Source of the DNA: Gemmatimonadaceae bacterium
GTDB taxonomy: Bacteria > Gemmatimonadota > Gemmatimonadetes > Gemmatimonadales > Gemmatimonadaceae
Length of the DNA: 64,000 bases
Assembly: GCA_040901985.1 (NCBI GenBank)
Contig: JBBDYC010000008.1
Location: 112,490 to 176,489 of the forward strand
Reading direction: 5' to 3'
This document shows positions 38,330-47,196 of the stretch, one piece after another. Numbering within the stretch: position 1 is the first letter of the stretch; every line of letters starts with the position of its first letter. The notes beneath the pieces are model-generated. The model was given only the letters and a program-made list of their open reading frames with translations. It had not been told where the DNA came from and made no database searches. The position numbers were made by a program, and so were the translations under genes.

Positions 38330-39271
38330 ATGCTCCGCAAGTCGCTGCTGTACCTCTCGCACCAACCGCGGATCTTTCGCTTTGTGCGCAACAATCGGCT
38401 GGCCAAGCGGTTGGCCTCCCGCTTCGTGGCCGGCGAGACCATCGCCTCCGCCTGCGACGCGGTGGCCGAGCTCAACAGGAAACGGATCACCGCCTCGCTC
38501 GACCTGCTCAGGGAATCGGTGGGCAACGAGGCCGAGGCGCGCGCGACCGGCAGGCAGTATGTCGAGCTCCTCGACGAGATCGCCCGGCGCAAGCTCGACG
38601 CCAAAGTCTCGGTGAAGCTCACCTCGCTCGGCCAGGACATCCGTGACGACCTCTGCGAGGAGATCACGCGCTCAATCCTCACGCGGGCCAAGTCCCACGG
38701 GAGCTTCGTCCGGTTGGATATGGAGGGGAGCGCGTACACCCAGCGCACGCTCGACTTCTTCGCCGCGCGGCTGCAGGCCGACTTTCCCGACACCGTGGGC
38801 ATCGTGCTCCAAAGCGCGCTCCGCCGCACGCTCGACGACGTCGAGTGGGCGATTGGCCGGCAGTGCCGCGTGCGGATCTGCAAGGGCGCGTACCTCGAGC
38901 CGGCGACGGTGGCCTTTCCCTCCAAGCGCGACGTGGACGCAACCTTTGTGGAGGCGATGCAACGCCTGATGGAGCGCGGCCGCTATCCCGGCATCGCGAC
39001 GCACGATGACGTGATCATCGGCGAGGCGCGGCGGCACGCCGTGGCCAAGGGGATCGGCCCCGACCGGTTCGAGTTCCAGATGCTCTACGGCGTGCGGCGC
39101 GACCTGCAGGAACAGCTCGTCGCCGAGGGCTGGCGACTGCGCGTGTACGTGCCGTTCGGGACGCAGTGGTATCCCTACCTGATGCGGCGGCTCGCCGAAC
39201 GTCCGGCCAACATCGCCTTCATCACCGGGAACGTGATGCGGGAGATGGTCTCGCGTCGCCGTTCCGCGTGA
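38330..39271 (+). CDS. Proline dehydrogenase (monofunctional)
   Basis: SRFVAGE, RLDME, CKGAY, ATHD, YLMRRLAERPAN. Confidence 0.92.
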   Translation: MLRKSLLYLSHQPRIFRFVRNNRLAKRLASRFVAGETIASACDAVAELNRKRITASLDLLRESVGNEAEARATGRQYVELLDEIARRKLDAKVSVKLTSLGQDIRDDLCEEITRSILTRAKSHGSFVRLDMEGSAYTQRTLDFFAARLQADFPDTVGIVLQSALRRTLDDVEWAIGRQCRVRICKGAYLEPATVAFPSKRDVDATFVEAMQRLMERGRYPGIATHDDVIIGEARRHAVAKGIGPDRFEFQMLYGVRRDLQEQLVAEGWRLRVYVPFGTQWYPYLMRRLAERPANIAFITGNVMREMVSRRRSA

Positions 39272-39287
39272 GGTCCGCGTCTCGCCG

Positions 39288-39665
39288 ATGAGCCGCTTTC
39301 TGCCGGCGGACCACAGCAAGGGCGACGAGCACACGATCGGCGGCTATGCGGCGGTGCACGGCCGGCCGGCCGCCTTCGACGCGCGCGACGGACTGTCGTA
39401 CAGCGTGGAGATCCTCGTTGACGCCGCTGCCGATCCGCGCGGCCGCTTCGGCGCTTACCTGTTCTTTCTCCGTTGGCGGCGAATCGGCGAGGAAGGCGTC
39501 GAGGGACACCTGGAGAGCGCCTGCTTGGAGTTCGGCGAGACGCGACAGGAGGCGATGGATGCGCTCGGCGCGTGGTCCATCGAACGCGCCCAACGCGAGC
39601 TCGACGCGCTCCTCGACGCCGAGGCAGCGCGCGGCGCGCCAAGCGACGACGGGGACGACGCGTGA
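39288..39665 (+). CDS. Hypothetical protein
   Basis: Fills the gap in the operon, overlaps the rsgA start, protein-like composition. Confidence 0.65.
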   Translation: MSRFLPADHSKGDEHTIGGYAAVHGRPAAFDARDGLSYSVEILVDAAADPRGRFGAYLFFLRWRRIGEEGVEGHLESACLEFGETRQEAMDALGAWSIERAQRELDALLDAEAARGAPSDDGDDA

Positions 39666-40606
39666 GCGCACGCCAGGGCGTGGTCGTCGAGGGGACCGGC
39701 GGGGTCTGGCAGGTGCGGACCGGCGACGGCGCAATGGTGCCGGCCTCGCTTGCCGGCCGGCTCAAGCAGGAGGACCGAGGAACCCTCAAGCTGGCCGTCG
39801 GCGATCACGTCACCATCGAGCCCGAGGAGCGCGGGGAGTCCTGGCGGATTACGGCGATCGGCGAGCGCCACGGCGTGTTGGCGCGCCGCGAACCCGGCGG
39901 CCGTCGCGGCGAACGCGTAATCGCCGCCAACGTGGACCAGGTGCTCGTCGTGTTCGCGGTGGCCAAGCCCGAGCCGCACCTCCGGATGATTGACCGGTTC
40001 CTCGTGGTCTGCGAGGCGAACGACCTGCACGCCCACGTCGTGCTCAACAAGGTGGACCTCGCGGGCGTCGGCGCGCCGGCCGATGCCGTCGAGGCGCTCG
40101 CGCGGCCCTATGAAGCGGCGGGATACCCGGTGCATCGCACGAGCGTGAAGCGCGGCGACGGCCTCGAGGAGCTGCGCGCCGTCCTCCGTGGCCGCATCAC
40201 CGTGGTCACCGGGCCGTCCGGTGTGGGGAAGTCGTCGCTCCTCAACACGCTGCACCCGGGGATTGCCCTGCGGACGGCCGAGATCTCCGAGTCGGTGAAC
40301 AAGGGGCGGCACACCACGGTCGGGGCGAAGCTCATTCCGCTCCCCGATGGCGCCGAGAGCTACCTCGTGGACACGCCGGGACTGCGCGAGATCGGGATGT
40401 GGGGACTGCCCTCCGAGTCACTCGACCAGTGCTTTCCGGAGTTCCGCCCCTACCTCGGTGAGTGCCGGTTCCAGGACTGCAAGCACGAGGTGGAGCCGGA
40501 GTGCGCGGTGCGGCGCGCGCTCGGTGCGGGGAAGGTGGACGCGGGCCGGTACGACAGCTATGTCAAACTCCTGGGGGAACTCACGCTGTCTGAACGCGTG
40601 TGGTGA
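39662..40606 (+). CDS. rsgA: Ribosome small subunit-dependent GTPase A
   Basis: NKVD, GPSGVGKSS, GRHTT, DTPG, CRFQDCKHEVEPEC. Confidence 0.95.
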   Translation: MSARQGVVVEGTGGVWQVRTGDGAMVPASLAGRLKQEDRGTLKLAVGDHVTIEPEERGESWRITAIGERHGVLARREPGGRRGERVIAANVDQVLVVFAVAKPEPHLRMIDRFLVVCEANDLHAHVVLNKVDLAGVGAPADAVEALARPYEAAGYPVHRTSVKRGDGLEELRAVLRGRITVVTGPSGVGKSSLLNTLHPGIALRTAEISESVNKGRHTTVGAKLIPLPDGAESYLVDTPGLREIGMWGLPSESLDQCFPEFRPYLGECRFQDCKHEVEPECAVRRALGAGKVDAGRYDSYVKLLGELTLSERVW

Positions 40607-40677
40607 CCGGTTCCGGCCGCTGCCCCGCCGCCCCGAACTCGCAGGTGGCGACGGACGGGCTGCGCGCGCTGAACTGA

Positions 40678-41313
40678 CTACGGGCTGAGCCGCTCGATCA
40701 CCCAGCCGCTCCCGGCCGGCCGATACCGCAGCCGGTCGTGCAGGCGGCTCTCGCGGCCCTGCCAGAACTCGAACGACTCGGCGATGAGGCGGAATCCGCC
40801 CCAATGCGGCGGCCGCGGAACGTCGCCGCCGGCGTGTTCGGCTTCCAGCTCGGCGTGTCGTGCCTCGAGTGACTCGCGACTGGCGATCACCGAACTCTGC
40901 GCCGACGCCCAGGCGCCGAGTTGGCTGCCGCGCGGGCGGGTCCGGAAATACGCGGCGGACTCCTCGGCGCCCAGACGCGTCACGCGGCCGCTGATCCGCA
41001 CCTGTCGCTCGAGAGGCCCCCACCAGAAGCAGAGCGCGGCGCGGGCGTTGGCCTCGAGCTCGCCGCCCTTCCGGCTGCGGTAGTCGGTGAAGAAGACGAA
41101 CCCCTCTGCCGCAACCTCCTTCAACAGCACCATCCGGCAGTTTGGGGCGCCGTCGACGTCGGCGGTGGCGAGCGCCATCGCGTTCGGCTCCATCACCTTG
41201 GCCTCGGCGGCCTGCGCGAACCAGCGGTGGAACTGTTCCACCGGGTCCGCCGCAACGTCGAACTCGTCAAGGCGCTCGCGACGGTACTCCTCGCGCAGGT
41301 GGGTGATGTCCAT
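40678..41313 (-). CDS. pdxH: Pyridoxamine 5'-phosphate oxidase
   Basis: RMVLLK, ERQVRI, EFWQGRESRLHDR, ERLSP; ATG 41313. Confidence 0.95.
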   Translation of the reverse strand: MDITHLREEYRRERLDEFDVAADPVEQFHRWFAQAAEAKVMEPNAMALATADVDGAPNCRMVLLKEVAAEGFVFFTDYRSRKGGELEANARAALCFWWGPLERQVRISGRVTRLGAEESAAYFRTRPRGSQLGAWASAQSSVIASRESLEARHAELEAEHAGGDVPRPPHWGGFRLIAESFEFWQGRESRLHDRLRYRPAGSGWVIERLSP

Positions 41314-41320
41314 GACCGGC

Positions 41321-41345
41321 AGGTGGGAGGTGGGAGGTGGGAGGT
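41321..41345. repeat. Heptamer tandem repeat (AGGTGGG x3.5)
   Basis: Seen directly. Confidence 0.85.
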
Positions 41346-41463
41346 ATGAGGAAACTACACGACACCGCTCCCTCACACCTTGGAATTCTCTCGCCCACAA
41401 GCGCTCTCTGGCAAGGTCCTCGCCGGAACCTTTGCGGCGGGCGGGGATTGGTGTCACGTTCCC

Positions 41464-42063
41464 ATGATGACCGAACCGCTGGCGCCGGCCGCCAAATCGC
41501 ACGCCGAGTTCAGCGCGCTCGCCCTGACCGCGCTCGACGACGTCTATCGCTTCGCCCGCTCGCTCACCCGCGATGAGGCCGACGCGGAGGATGTCGTGCA
41601 GGAGACCTATCTGCGCGCGTTCAGGAGCTGGACGACCTTCCAGCCGGGGAGCGATGTCCGGCGGTGGCTCTTCACGATTGCCCGCAACGTTTTCCTGCGG
41701 TCGCTTGAGCGAGGGAAGCGCGAGGTCACGCTCGATGACGATGGCGCGGAGATCGTGGACGCCGCGCAGGCGCAGGATCAGTGGATCCAGAAGGGGCTCG
41801 ACCCGCTCCTCGACCGGGCCGACCTCGGCCCGGCCATTCGCGCCGCGCTCGACGAGATCCCCGAGACGTATCGCTCGGCGGTGGTGTTGGTGGACCTCGA
41901 GGACCAGTCGTACGAGGACGCGGCGGAGGTGCTCGGCGTACCGGTCGGCACCGTGCGTTCGCGCCTCTTCCGCGGTCGCAAGCTGCTGCAGGAACGGCTT
42001 TTCGCCTACGCGCAGGATGCCGGATTTCTCACCCCGTCCGGGCCAACCCGGAGTGACAGATGA
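41464..42063 (+). CDS. ECF sigma factor
   Basis: DAEDVVQETYLRA, SYEDAAEVLGVPVGTVRSRLFRGR. Confidence 0.93.
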   Translation: MMTEPLAPAAKSHAEFSALALTALDDVYRFARSLTRDEADAEDVVQETYLRAFRSWTTFQPGSDVRRWLFTIARNVFLRSLERGKREVTLDDDGAEIVDAAQAQDQWIQKGLDPLLDRADLGPAIRAALDEIPETYRSAVVLVDLEDQSYEDAAEVLGVPVGTVRSRLFRGRKLLQERLFAYAQDAGFLTPSGPTRSDR

Positions 42064-42323
42064 TGCACAATGATGCAGGAGCCGTCCCCGACTGCAATGG
42101 CGCGATGGCCCGCCTCTTCGAGCTCCTCGACGGGGAACTCACGCCGGAGGTCGAGCGGCAGGTGCGGTCGCACATCACGTCGTGCCCCGATTGCTTCACC
42201 CACGCCGACTTCGAGAAGCGGTTCCTCGCCGCGCTCCACGCGGCGAAGGCGGGGGGCGCGGCGCCCAAGCAATGCCGCGAGCGCGTGATGACGGCGCTCC
42301 GCACCGCCGGGTTCACCGGGTGA
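42060..42323 (+). CDS. Zinc-binding (ZAS, zf-HC2) anti-sigma factor
   Basis: C...LDGEL...HITSCPDC, soluble, RsrA-like. Confidence 0.88.
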   Translation: MMHNDAGAVPDCNGAMARLFELLDGELTPEVERQVRSHITSCPDCFTHADFEKRFLAALHAAKAGGAAPKQCRERVMTALRTAGFTG

Positions 42324-42844
42324 CCGTTCCCGAAGGCACGCAGGCGCATCGCGAAGAGGCGCGCACGCAGGGCGCGCTCCAGTGCGCCGTACTCACCGTC
42401 AGCGATTCACGCACCGCCGCCACCGACGAATCCGGCCCGTTGATCCGCCGGCTCCTCGAGGGCGCCGGACATACCGTCCTCGCGCACGACCTCCTGCCGA
42501 ACGACGAGGCACGGGTGCGCACACACGTGCAGCAGTGGCTCGCGCGCGGCGACCTCCAGGCGATCCTCATCACCGGCGGGACCGGGCTCGGCACGAAGGA
42601 CCGGACGATCGAGGCGGTGCGGCCGCTCTTCGAGAAGGAGATTCCCGGCTTCGGCGAGCTGTTTCGCCTGTTGAGCTACCAGGAGCAGATTGGCACCACG
42701 GCCATCCTGTCGCGCGCAGTGGCGGGGTCGGCTCGGGGCGCGGTGATCGTCTCGATGCCCGGCTCGCGGGCGGCGGTGGAACTCGCGGTCACGCGGATCC
42801 TCGTGCCGGAGCTGCCGCACCTCTTGCGCGAGGTCCGCCGCTGA
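42320..42844 (+). CDS. moaB: Molybdenum cofactor biosynthesis protein MoaB/Mog
   Basis: TVSDSR, ITGGTG, PGFGELFR, SMPGS. Confidence 0.88.
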   Translation: MTVPEGTQAHREEARTQGALQCAVLTVSDSRTAATDESGPLIRRLLEGAGHTVLAHDLLPNDEARVRTHVQQWLARGDLQAILITGGTGLGTKDRTIEAVRPLFEKEIPGFGELFRLLSYQEQIGTTAILSRAVAGSARGAVIVSMPGSRAAVELAVTRILVPELPHLLREVRR

Positions 42845-42850
42845 CGGTGC

Positions 42851-43276
42851 CTACCCCTCGAGATCCAATGTCCAGCTGACCGGCATGTCCGGGTCGAGGG
42901 TGTCGCGGACCGAGCAGTACTTGGTGACCGCGAGCTCGATGGCGCGCTCGGCGTGCGGGCGCTCGATCCCCGCGCCGCGGATGCGGAACTTCATCAGCAC
43001 GCTGGTCACGCGCGGTGGGACGGCCGCAGCGCGATCGCCGATGACCTCGATGCTCAGCGCCTCCACCGGCGTGCGCCGCTTGGCGAGGATCTCGGCCACG
43101 TCAATTCCCGAGCACGAGGCGAGCGCGCACAGCAGCGCGTCCACCGGGCTGGGGCCGGTCTCGCGTCGCCCGTCGGTGCGGAAGGTCTCGCGTCCCGGCA
43201 GGCCGGAATCGAATCGTTCGTCTCCCGCCCAGGTCGCGACGATCCTCGCCGGCGGCTTGGTCTTCACTTCGGTCAC
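42851..43276 (-). CDS. OsmC family protein
   Basis: SPVDALLCALASCSGID, KYCSV. Confidence 0.88.
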   Translation of the reverse strand: MTEVKTKPPARIVATWAGDERFDSGLPGRETFRTDGRRETGPSPVDALLCALASCSGIDVAEILAKRRTPVEALSIEVIGDRAAAVPPRVTSVLMKFRIRGAGIERPHAERAIELAVTKYCSVRDTLDPDMPVSWTLDLEG

Positions 43277-43337
43277 GGTGGCTCCTGGTCACGCGTTCTC
43301 ACGTCGGCCGATTGGCTGGACGAAAGCTAGTCGAGCG

Positions 43338-43670
43338 TCAGCCGATCTTCGTGCCGTTGGCGACGGGCGAGTCGGGGAGGAGCAGGACGACGTCCGTCGG
43401 GTCGGGCATTGCGCCGAGGACGAGCACCTGGCTCTCGAAGCCGGCGATGCGCCGCGTGCCGAGGTTCACCGCCGCGACGACCTGCCGCCCGACGAGATCC
43501 TCGGGGCGGTAGCGCTTGGTCAACTGGGCGCTGGACCGCCGGACCCCGAGCTCGGCGCCGAAGTCAATGGCGAGCCGGAGCGACGGCTTGCGCGCCTCGC
43601 GGAACGGCTCCGCCGTCACGACCGTCCCGACCCGCAAGTCGAGCGCTTGGAACTCCTCAGGCGTCGCCAT
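43338..43670 (-). CDS. csaA: tRNA-binding/secretion chaperone CsaA
   Basis: DLRVGTV, SSAQLT, IAGFESQVLVLG. Confidence 0.88.
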   Translation of the reverse strand: MATPEEFQALDLRVGTVVTAEPFREARKPSLRLAIDFGAELGVRRSSAQLTKRYRPEDLVGRQVVAAVNLGTRRIAGFESQVLVLGAMPDPTDVVLLLPDSPVANGTKIG

Positions 43671-43717
43671 TTGGCTAATCTACAGGCACTTGGCCGCCCA
43701 GGAGGGAAGCGGGCAGT

Positions 43718-43759
43718 CCCACCTCCCACCTGTCACCTCCCACCTGTCACCTCCCACCT
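43718..43759. repeat. Heptamer tandem repeat (CCCACCT/GTCACCT x6)
   Basis: Seen directly. Confidence 0.9.
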
Positions 43760-43768
43760 GTCGTCCAG

Positions 43769-44092
43769 ATGTCCCAGTACGAAAAACACGTCTTCGTCTG
43801 CACGAGCGGCAAGGAGTGTCTGGCGGCCAACTCGCCCGACGTCTTCAAGCAGCTCAAGGACGCGGCGCGTGCGGCAGGGATTACGCAACAGGTGAGGATC
43901 AACCACTCCGGCTGCACCGGCCAGTGCGGCCACGGACCGATGGTTGTCGTGTATCCCGAAAACGTCTGGTACGGCGGCGTGACGCTCGCACGCGCGGCGC
44001 GGATCTTCGACGAGCACCTGGTGGGCGGGCGGGCGGTGGAGGAGTATCGCTATGTCGCGCCGCCGGGCGAGAACAAGGTGACCAAGGAGTGA
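43769..44092 (+). CDS. Thioredoxin-like [2Fe-2S] ferredoxin
   Basis: VFVCT...C, GCTGQCGHGPMVVVYPENVWY. Confidence 0.9.
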   Translation: MSQYEKHVFVCTSGKECLAANSPDVFKQLKDAARAAGITQQVRINHSGCTGQCGHGPMVVVYPENVWYGGVTLARAARIFDEHLVGGRAVEEYRYVAPPGENKVTKE

Positions 44093-44118
44093 GTGGCGAC
44101 TCCCGGCCGGCGCCGGTG

Positions 44119-44430
44119 ATGGAGCCCTATGCGCGCCACGTCCTCGTCTGCACCGGCGGGTTCTGTTCGCGCGAGCGCGGCGGACGCGCGCTCTATGCCC
44201 AGCTCGCGCAGCTCCTCGAGCGCGAGGACCTCCTCTTCGGGCCGACGCGGGTGAAGCGCAGCGAGGCCCCCTGCCTCGGCGTCTGCGATGGCGGGCCCAT
44301 CGTCGCGGTTTACCCCGAGGGGGTCTGGTACGCCGGGGTCACCCCGCCGTTGATGGAGCGGATCGTCGTCGAGCACCTGCGCGACGGGCGCGAGATCCGG
44401 GAGGCAGTCTTCCACCGATTGGGCGGGTGA
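44119..44430 (+). CDS. Second thioredoxin-like [2Fe-2S] ferredoxin
   Basis: VLVCTGGFC, CLGVCDGGPIVAVYPEGVWY; alternative GTG start at 44089. Confidence 0.88.
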   Translation: MEPYARHVLVCTGGFCSRERGGRALYAQLAQLLEREDLLFGPTRVKRSEAPCLGVCDGGPIVAVYPEGVWYAGVTPPLMERIVVEHLRDGREIREAVFHRLGG

Positions 44431-44488
44431 CCCGCTTGCGGACGCCGTGGCGGGCGCGAGATTTCTGCCCACCCAATCTCCCACGGCG

Positions 44489-44776
44489 ATGACGAGCAAG
44501 GACCATCAGATCGGCGAAGTGATGTACGAGCGCACGATGACTGCCGGACCAGTCGTGCGGATTCGGCGCGTCGAGCCGTCTGGGGGCGGTGCCGTGTGCG
44601 GGGTGATCGAAGTGGACCGCCGGGCTGGCACGCCCCGCGCTGCTGAGGGCGGCATCCCGCCGGCGGTGATGGCGGTGGAGGGCGAGACCGAGGCCGCGGT
44701 GGTGGCATCGCTCCTCCCGTTCGTCGAGGACGACTCGGCGATCGCGCGTCTCCTGGCGGCGCGAGGGATCCGCTAG
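44489..44776 (+). CDS. Hypothetical protein
   Basis: Short ORF with plausible composition, stop overlaps the convergent gene. Confidence 0.55.
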   Translation: MTSKDHQIGEVMYERTMTAGPVVRIRRVEPSGGGAVCGVIEVDRRAGTPRAAEGGIPPAVMAVEGETEAAVVASLLPFVEDDSAIARLLAARGIR

Positions 44777-45450
44777 GGCGCCTGCGGGAGCGTGTAGTCC
44801 CAGATCCGCTCCGAGCCGTCGGGCTGCGAATAGCGCGCGCGGACGGTCTCACCCGGACGCGCGGTCACGATCCCATTCCGCGGCCGCGGCCCGCCGTGCG
44901 TGAATTTCAAGGCCCCGATGTAGTACTGGCCAAGGATCTCGAACGACGCCGGCTCGGTGGTGGCGTAGTGGAGGTTTGCCGAGCGCACGCCGGAGTACTG
45001 GCGGACGGCCAGCAGGGTCCGGTCGAGGCTGCCGAGCGTGTAGTAGAAATCCCGTCCGGGCACGTCGTTGCCGATCCAACGCCCGCCGAGCGACCGCACA
45101 ATCGCCTCGGCCTCGCGTGGGTCGCGGCCGTCGCGCATCGTCACGGTGAGCCGCTGGCACTCGTAGATCCACTTCCGGCGGTCGTGACAATAGCCGAAGC
45201 CGATGCGGACCACCTCGCTGTCGCCCGCGCTCGTGATGATGTCAATCGGGATCACCGTACCGACGGGGAGCCGATAGTCGAGGTCGAGCGGCTGGGCGGC
45301 GACGCCGATCAGTCCGCCGTCGGTGGCATCGCCCCAAAGGTAGATGTGCAGTTCCGGCCGGAGCTCAGGGGCGAGGAGGGGTGCCGTCGGTGCCACATCG
45401 CACGAGACGAGCGCAACGGCCAGCAGGAGGCCTGCGCCGCCACTCCTCAC
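44773..45450 (-). CDS. Hypothetical lipoprotein
   Basis: Lipobox LVSC; coupled to the upstream cupredoxin. Confidence 0.65.
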   Translation of the reverse strand: MRSGGAGLLLAVALVSCDVAPTAPLLAPELRPELHIYLWGDATDGGLIGVAAQPLDLDYRLPVGTVIPIDIITSAGDSEVVRIGFGYCHDRRKWIYECQRLTVTMRDGRDPREAEAIVRSLGGRWIGNDVPGRDFYYTLGSLDRTLLAVRQYSGVRSANLHYATTEPASFEILGQYYIGALKFTHGGPRPRNGIVTARPGETVRARYSQPDGSERIWDYTLPQAP

Positions 45451-45791
45451 TCGACGATGATCGTGCCCGACATTGCCGCGCCGTGGAGCGTGCAGAGGTA
45501 CGGGTAGCTGCCGACCGTCGGAAAGTCGCGCTGGTAGGTCCCGGACGACTGGTTGACCGAGGCGGGGCCGTCATCGAATGTGACATTGTGCAGCGCGCTG
45601 CCGGCGTTCCACGTCCAAGTCACCGTGGAGCCGCTCGGCACCCTGGAGGTGGACGGGCTGAAGAAGTTGTTGCCGACCTTGATCTCCGTGCTTGTGCCGC
45701 TGCCGCCGGTGATGACGCCGTCACCGCAGGCGGCCAGCGCCGCGACCACCACCATCGCACCGAGTACTCGGCGAATGCGCATTGCGTCCAT
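45447..45791 (-). CDS. Plastocyanin/azurin-family copper-binding lipoprotein
   Basis: GGAGG-ATG 45791; LAAC; HNVTF...YLCTLH...M type-1 Cu ligands. Confidence 0.88.
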   Translation of the reverse strand: MDAMRIRRVLGAMVVVAALAACGDGVITGGSGTSTEIKVGNNFFSPSTSRVPSGSTVTWTWNAGSALHNVTFDDGPASVNQSSGTYQRDFPTVGSYPYLCTLHGAAMSGTIIVE

Positions 45792-45823
45792 TGCCACCTC
45801 CGGAGATGGAGTCTGGGCAGACG

Positions 45824-45852
45824 TTGACGGCGCGCGCAAGGCCGTGTATCGT
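45824..45852 (+). promoter_or_regulatory. Sigma70-type promoter of the phhA leader
   Basis: TTGACG-N17-TATCGT; ATG 7 nt downstream. Confidence 0.75.
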
Positions 45853-45859
45853 GAGGAAG

Positions 45860-45952
45860 ATGCGCACCACCACTACCCCCGCGACGTATTCGTACGTCAG
45901 CACCTACGCACCCCGTGACCCGGGGCGTGGAGCTTGGGGTGTGCGCACGTAA
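45860..45952 (+). CDS. Putative attenuator leader peptide MRTTTTPATYSYVSTYAPRDPGRGAWGVRT
   Basis: Manual translation; Tyr at codons 10, 12, 16; lies between promoter and terminator upstream of phhA. Confidence 0.7.
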   Translation: MRTTTTPATYSYVSTYAPRDPGRGAWGVRT

Positions 45953-45977
45953 CGACGCGCAACGACCGATTCCTCCG

Positions 45978-46009
45978 CGGCCCGTGGACCTCCACGGGCC
46001 GTTTTTTTT
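45978..46009 (+). terminator. Attenuator terminator upstream of phhA
   Basis: cggcccgtgg-acct-ccacgggccg followed by T8. Confidence 0.9.
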
Positions 46010-46033
46010 CGTCCCTCAGCCGAGAGCACCCCC

Positions 46034-46813
46034 ATGCAGCCCCATCCAGATCACGCCGCGCCGTCCGTCGTCGCCTCCGAGGCGCTCCCCGCGTTCGTCG
46101 AGCAGCGCTACGCGGCGTACACCGACGAGGAGCACGACGTCTGGGGGATCCTGTACGCGCGGCGGATGGCGGCGCTCGAGGAGACCGCCAGCCGGGTCTT
46201 CCTGGATGGCGCCGAGCGAATTGGCCTCGCGCCCAACCGTGTGCCCGAGCTGGCCGAGGTGAACCGGCGGTTGGGGCCGACCACTGGCTGGAACGCCGTC
46301 GGGGTGGGCGGCTTCATCCCAGCCGCCGGATTCTTCCAATGCCTCGCGCAACGCCGCTTTCCGACGACGCTGATCGTGCGGCCGCGCGCGCAGCTCGATT
46401 ACCTCCCCGAGCCGGACATCTTCCACGACGTGTTCGGGCACGTGCCGCTCCACGCCGACCCGGTCTTCGCCGATTTCCTGCAGCGCTTCGGCGCGCTGGC
46501 GGCGACGGCCACCACCGAGGCGGAGACGACGGCGATGGCGCGGCTCTTCTGGTTCACCGTCGAGTTCGGCCTGGTGCGCGAGCGCGGTGCGACGCGGATC
46601 TACGGCAGCGGGTTGATTTCGTCGCACGGCGATGCCGCCAACGCGCTCGGCCCTGCCTGCGACCGGCGCCCGTTCACGCTCGACGCGGTGATCGGCCAGC
46701 CGTTCGAGATTGACCGGCTGCAGGACGTGCTCTTCGTGGTGGAGTCGTTCGACCAGCTCTTTGAGGCGGTGGAGGCGCTCTGGGCGCGGCGCGGCGGCGG
46801 GGGCGCGCGATGA
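46034..46813 (+). CDS. phhA: Phenylalanine 4-hydroxylase
   Basis: YLPEPDIFHDVFGHVP, FWFTVEFGL, YGSGLISS. Confidence 0.92.
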   Translation: MQPHPDHAAPSVVASEALPAFVEQRYAAYTDEEHDVWGILYARRMAALEETASRVFLDGAERIGLAPNRVPELAEVNRRLGPTTGWNAVGVGGFIPAAGFFQCLAQRRFPTTLIVRPRAQLDYLPEPDIFHDVFGHVPLHADPVFADFLQRFGALAATATTEAETTAMARLFWFTVEFGLVRERGATRIYGSGLISSHGDAANALGPACDRRPFTLDAVIGQPFEIDRLQDVLFVVESFDQLFEAVEALWARRGGGGAR

Positions 46814-46853
46814 AGTTGCTCCGGCCTCCGGCGCGGACTAGGTTGCGCGGGGC

Positions 46854-47171
46854 ATGACTCCCTCCTCCGACGCCCGCCGCCAGTTGCTCGGCGCGGCGAA
46901 GAAGTTCCTGCTCGACTCGCCGAAGGCGCCGTCCGTGGCGCCGGTCGTCCCGCCGCGCCTTACGCCCGCCGCCCTGGAGAAGATCCCGATGTCCCGCTCC
47001 CGCGACCGCATCCTCGCCAACCTCGAGGAGATGTACACCGAGGCCTTCCAGCGGGCCAAGGAATCGGGCGACGACGCCCAGATGGCGACGCTCGACTTTG
47101 CCTACCGCCGCGAGCAGCTCTATTTCGAGATCCTGCTCGACGTGCGCGATGCCGTCGAGCGGAAGGGCTGA
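46854..47171 (+). CDS. Hypothetical helical protein
   Basis: ORF with typical codon usage downstream of phhA. Confidence 0.65.
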   Translation: MTPSSDARRQLLGAAKKFLLDSPKAPSVAPVVPPRLTPAALEKIPMSRSRDRILANLEEMYTEAFQRAKESGDDAQMATLDFAYRREQLYFEILLDVRDAVERKG

Positions 47172-47196
47172 GGACGCACGGTCGCCGGACGCGCCG

